A stretch of 64,000 nt of DNA from Oligoflexales bacterium (GTDB lineage Bacteria > Bdellovibrionota_B > Oligoflexia > Oligoflexales > RGVZ01), in NCBI GenBank assembly GCA_044236265.1, contig JBIIGV010000003.1, forward strand, positions 180 through 64,179, read 5' to 3'. The notes below the pieces were generated by a model. It saw nothing but the letters and a program-made list of their open reading frames with translations. It ran no database searches and was not told the DNA's origin. Position 1 is the first letter of the stretch; every line of letters starts with the position of its first letter. Below are positions 59,945-64,000 of this stretch, piece by piece. A program made the position numbers and the translations under genes.

Positions 59945-60080
59945 TTTTTGATTTTTGTTTCGTACTTAAATTGAAAATTTTCAGTTTCGACAGTCCTTCA
60001 AACGTAAACTCAGTAGTGGAAACTCGGTTTACCAATACATTTTTAATAGCTCTTGCTCTATCAGCATGATCATCGTCCCG

Positions 60081-61673
60081 TTATTGTTTGAATACCGAGC
60101 CTTCTCCTACTGCTCGCATCAAACTCACAAAGTTCGTAGGCTGTTTATCAATCACGGCATCAAAGGTTTGCGCCACCTTGTGATCTGAAATCATGCATGA
60201 GGTCAAAACAACCGGCACATCGTAGCCTTTATCATAGACAAAAGACGCCACATGCTCGCCGTTATATCTAGAGTCTTCAAAATAATAATCAGTCAAGACG
60301 AGATCAAAACTAGAGAGCTTTTCTGGCATGGTGTTAATCACCTGGAAAAATTCCTCTGGTGATGAATACACCTCGACGGTCACATCCTCGCGTAGGGACC
60401 TACTCCAAGCCTCAGTCGTTATGACACTGTCATCAATCATGGCAATAAGTCCTGACTTTTGATCAAGGGCACTCGGACTTAAAGCCTCTCCCGCTATGAA
60501 ATCATCATAGACGGGAAGAGTAACCTCAAATTCTGTCCAGCCATCTGGGTAGGCCTCGCCTCGTCTTGAGCGGCAGCGAACTTTACCTTGGTGAGCCGCA
60601 ATAATTTTCTTAGCAATCGCTAGTCCAAGACCAGTGCCCTCGGCTTTTCCTTTGGTATAAAACAGCTCAAAGACCTTTTCGCGTTCTGCTCGCGGGATGT
60701 AGCTATGGGTGTTGCTGATACGAATCGATACGAGCGAATTTTCTTCAGAGGCTTCAATCATCACAAGACCAGCAGGGGCTGCGGCGTCGAGAGCGTTTTC
60801 AATTAGATTAGATATGACTCGTTTTAGGCGAAATTCGTTGCCGTGGACGCTTAGACTTTGGTTTTGTTTGATCTCTATCGAAAGGTTTGATTTCGACTTG
60901 TAAGTGAGTACGTGATCGAGGCTATCTTTTAAGAGATGTTTAACATCCACTCGCGAGCGGTAAAAGTTTTGCTCAGAGCCGCGTCCAAGTTCCATGACAT
61001 CAAGAATCAGTCCTTCCACCCCAGCGGAGGCGCGGTCGATTTCTGGAACAATTTTTTTGATCATGCGTTTTAGGGCAGGCATGCTGGTGACTGTTTTTAA
61101 CATGTCAACAGCCATCTTGGTGACCGCTAAGGGGCGTCTGACGTCGTGGGCCAACATGGTCGTTAAGGCTGCAAAGGCTCTAGACTTATCAATTTCATGC
61201 TCTAGGACCTCTGCTTGTAAAAGCCTTGATACGTGACTTAACAAAATTAGCAGCACAATCTGCACAGCGATCAAGCCGGCGGCTAGCACCAGGTGACTTC
61301 GCCTGATCATCATGGTGGCTGAAATTTTTAGGCCAGGATTTTTAGCCGAGGTTATGAGGATCGTTTTAGAAATGAGACCTTCGCGGCACGAGCTTTTAGC
61401 TCGTTTAAAAAACACGATGTGTTTGGTTTGGCCTTCCACACAGACTAGATGATAGGTCACAGCCATTGCCTCGAGGTTACGCCTAAGTCCAGCGACGTCA
61501 CCACGCGCCATCAGTGTGGAGTTTTGGCGATAAAACTCTTCGCGCAAAGTTTCTGCGTCTTTCAAAAGGTTAAGTTTAAGACTGACGACTGCCGTGATGA
61601 TGGAAAACAAGACGGCAATGAGTGGGGCAGTGATAAAGAGTTTTCGTTTCAGGGGTGGATGTCCAAGCGGCAT
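60081..61673 (-). CDS. membrane hybrid sensor histidine kinase (HisKA-HATPase-REC)
   Basis: Two TMs, LAHDVRRP H-box, NLIENA N-box, FYTKG..GTGLGL, C-terminal IDD..LVLTD receiver. Confidence 0.9.
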   Translation of the reverse strand: MPLGHPPLKRKLFITAPLIAVLFSIITAVVSLKLNLLKDAETLREEFYRQNSTLMARGDVAGLRRNLEAMAVTYHLVCVEGQTKHIVFFKRAKSSCREGLISKTILITSAKNPGLKISATMMIRRSHLVLAAGLIAVQIVLLILLSHVSRLLQAEVLEHEIDKSRAFAALTTMLAHDVRRPLAVTKMAVDMLKTVTSMPALKRMIKKIVPEIDRASAGVEGLILDVMELGRGSEQNFYRSRVDVKHLLKDSLDHVLTYKSKSNLSIEIKQNQSLSVHGNEFRLKRVISNLIENALDAAAPAGLVMIEASEENSLVSIRISNTHSYIPRAEREKVFELFYTKGKAEGTGLGLAIAKKIIAAHQGKVRCRSRRGEAYPDGWTEFEVTLPVYDDFIAGEALSPSALDQKSGLIAMIDDSVITTEAWSRSLREDVTVEVYSSPEEFFQVINTMPEKLSSFDLVLTDYYFEDSRYNGEHVASFVYDKGYDVPVVLTSCMISDHKVAQTFDAVIDKQPTNFVSLMRAVGEGSVFKQ

Positions 61674-61969
61674 GGCAAGAGTGGTCCTACGGCAGGAGTT
61701 GAGGGGGCAGAGATGTCTGGAATTTTGCTTTGGCCCGGGGGAAGAGGGCCAAGGGAAGGCTCATTTATCACGTTTTGAATAAATGGCAAGATTTTATGTT
61801 TTTAATAAAATAATTTTATGAAAGGGCCTTCTGGTTTAGCCTCGAGAAAATAGGCTGAATTTAACAAAAACTGAATAATTTTGAAGTGTTGATATCTATC
61901 TCCAAAGTGGCCGCCTGGCCTAAAAATCATCATCGCTGGCGGACAGCCACCGGTCGGGACCCCACTCGT

Positions 61970-62422
61970 TTACGCCCGCAGGACTCTCCCCATAGCATCC
62001 AGAATACTGATAACAGTGCCCAAGGAGGCAGTTGTCTTCCCCTGCCCCAAATCTCTTAGAGCCTTCAACGAGACCTTATACTTTTCTGCAAATGCCGTCT
62101 GGGTTAGGCCAAGTTTCATACGGCCATCACGAATCAAGTATGCAAAGGATCCATTTGCCTCAAAGCGTCGCCTAGGAGCAGTGCGAAAATCAAGTCGCCG
62201 CCGGGCAATGTCTATGACCGGGGACTGAAGCCAGTGACAGTATTTTTTTGCTGGGATTCCGCGAAATGGTTTTGTGATAGCTGGGCAGGACATTTTGATG
62301 CAGACATTGACGTAAAGACATCTGGGTGGTTTGCTCCGGGGCGTCTCGCCTGTTAGCGACACACGTCCATTGCCTAGAGGGGGACCAACGGATTTGACTA
62401 TAAATTTTCGCAGCACTGACAT
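61970..62422 (-). pseudogene. XRE/HipB-type HTH, probably a degraded gene
   Basis: The C-terminal IRDGRMKLGLTQTAFAEKYKVSLKALRDLGQGK is a clear HTH_3; the N-terminal 85 aa do not look protein-like. Confidence 0.5.
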
Positions 62423-62425
62423 GAT

Positions 62426-63598
62426 CTAAAGTTTTTTTCGAGAAAATCGTCCCGCCCAGAGCTGCTCTAGGAAGTCCTTCCACGGAAGAACCTCAATTCC
62501 ATCCTCAACTCGTGGGCGTTCCTCGTGACATACAACGATATAATCAGTACAGATTTTTTCCTCTTTTAAGGCAATCAGCCCTCGAAGATGTCTGCGATCA
62601 ATTTTCTTAGCAGATTTGACCTCAATGGCAATACGTCCATCTAAAATAAAATCGACCTCAAACTTCGACGTAGATCGCCAAAACTTCAACGACGCCAGGG
62701 GCTCAAAAAAGTCGATCCAGGATTTGATTTCCATCATGATAAATTGTTCAAAAAACTCTCCCCATTCAGTTTGCTCTGGAACAATTCGGGGCAACTGGCG
62801 TAAAGCGCGAACAACACCGGTATCAAAGAAGTAAAACTTTGCGGTGTCGATTGCCTTTCTCTTGATCGTATTTGTAAATGGCTGCACTTCCCAAGCAAGC
62901 AAAGTGTCATATAGTACTTGAAACCAATTTTGAACTGTTGCCCGGGAAATCTGTGTGTCGCTTGCAATAGCCGTGTAATTAATTAATTGCCCGTTTGACA
63001 TCGCAGCAACTTGCAGAAACCGACTAAAAGCTGGCAAATTACGCGATACCCCCTCGCCTGAGATTTCCTCTGTCAGGTACCGTCCCACATATGAATTCAA
63101 GTCCTCATCGGGATCGTCGGACAGATAGTGCGTCGGAATCATGCCATGATTGATCGCTCGGGCCAGATCAAATTTATGAGACTTTAATTCCGGGAAAACA
63201 AAGGGATGAAACACTCTATCTCGACCGCGCCCACCCAGTAGATTGGCACCTGATCGCCTGAGCTTGCGCGCACTAGACCCGGTTAGCAAAAAACGTATTT
63301 GTCGCTCCTCGATCATAAGGTGTATTTCATCGAGCAACTGTGGACACTTTTGAATTTCATCAATGAAAATGATGCAGCCTTTCAGGCCCTTCAGTTCCAC
63401 TTCTTTGCGAATTAACGTGGGATCCGCCAAGAGCCTTAGCAACAGCCCTTGATCCAGCAGGTTGAATGATAGTGCAATGGAACCGGCTAACTGATTGCGA
63501 ACAAAACTTGATTTTCCCGTCTGACGCGGCCCAAGCAACAGGACGGTTTTGCTCTCGAGAAGCTCTGCAATTGGTATAAGTCTCTGTATATACTTCAT
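62426..63598 (-). CDS. AAA_14 ATPase with DUF4143 / PD-(D/E)xK C-terminus
   Basis: GPRQTGKS, FIDEIQK, LTGSS, KFYFFDTG, GEFFE, EVDFI..AIEVKS. Confidence 0.9.
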   Translation of the reverse strand: MKYIQRLIPIAELLESKTVLLLGPRQTGKSSFVRNQLAGSIALSFNLLDQGLLLRLLADPTLIRKEVELKGLKGCIIFIDEIQKCPQLLDEIHLMIEERQIRFLLTGSSARKLRRSGANLLGGRGRDRVFHPFVFPELKSHKFDLARAINHGMIPTHYLSDDPDEDLNSYVGRYLTEEISGEGVSRNLPAFSRFLQVAAMSNGQLINYTAIASDTQISRATVQNWFQVLYDTLLAWEVQPFTNTIKRKAIDTAKFYFFDTGVVRALRQLPRIVPEQTEWGEFFEQFIMMEIKSWIDFFEPLASLKFWRSTSKFEVDFILDGRIAIEVKSAKKIDRRHLRGLIALKEEKICTDYIVVCHEERPRVEDGIEVLPWKDFLEQLWAGRFSRKKL

Positions 63599-63932
63599 AA
63601 TTCTTTACCGCCAACCGTATTGGCAATTATCATTAAAAATCGCCAACATAGTTATCATACATTATAAATACAGCTCAAACCAAACAAATGTTGCTCTGAG
63701 CACCGCGGTAACAGCCTCAACACTCAACAAAGAGAGCAAAATAGGCGCAGCTTCGACTTGAAACAATAGAGGCACTAAAAATAATAATTCCAAAAATTTC
63801 AGTGACTTATAACGAATAGACCCAGTACCTCCTTGTGCCTACGTAGCCGTTTCTTGTCTGTTCTCTAACGAGAAACAAGAAGTCTGCCGATATTTTCAAC
63901 GTAGAAACCGCTGAAATAATTGAGGAACCTTT

Positions 63933-64000
63933 GTGACCACAAGAACCGTTATCTGTGATCTTGATGACACCCTGCTGCGGACAGACCTGCTGTTTGAGTC
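63933..64000 (+). CDS. HAD-like N-terminus, typical of UbiA-family prenyltransferase fusions; partial
   Basis: GAGGA RBS, GTG start, MTTRTVICDLDDTLLRTDLLFE. Confidence 0.65.
   Translation, partial: MTTRTVICDLDDTLLRTDLLFE

Noticed and set aside
63662-63830. Hydrophobic minus-strand reading frame (about 50 aa)
   Set aside because: In-frame stop upstream and no convincing start with an RBS; AT-rich sequence readily gives hydrophobic frames.
1-64000. CRISPR array, prophage or IS transposase
   Set aside because: No regularly spaced direct repeats, cas genes, phage structural genes or transposase motifs seen.

Overview
64 kb of bacterial chromosome, most consistent with Bdellovibrionota/Oligoflexia. 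This is inferred from gene content and the many secreted or lipoprotein hypotheticals, not from a search. Core genes recognised: tRNA-Leu(TAG), rpmI-rplT, suhB, an RNase Y-like gene, dnaK, comEC, lpxC, class II ribonucleotide reductase nrdJ (with tandem NrdR boxes, a DnaA box and a sigma70 promoter), recN, a MacAB-TolC efflux set, and a partial Clp ATPase at the left edge. No CRISPR array, integrase, transposase or reverse transcriptase was seen. Three regions stand out. (1) A TetR-TPR-thiolase-like-FadJ-like operon whose two beta-oxidation-fold proteins are intact ORFs but lack most catalytic motifs (candidate pseudo-enzyme sensor); it lies upstream of lpxC and divergent from a FadL/PorV-like barrel. 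(2) Three paralogous stand-alone OmpR-type winged-helix proteins, with palindromic sites and a hairpin-rich intergenic region. (3) A neighbouring cluster of surface lipoproteins: one CxxCH protein and two giant mosaic adhesin-like paralogs with shuffled modules and a shared sigma28-like promoter/5' block. All protein calls come from motif recognition by eye and need HMM or structure confirmation.
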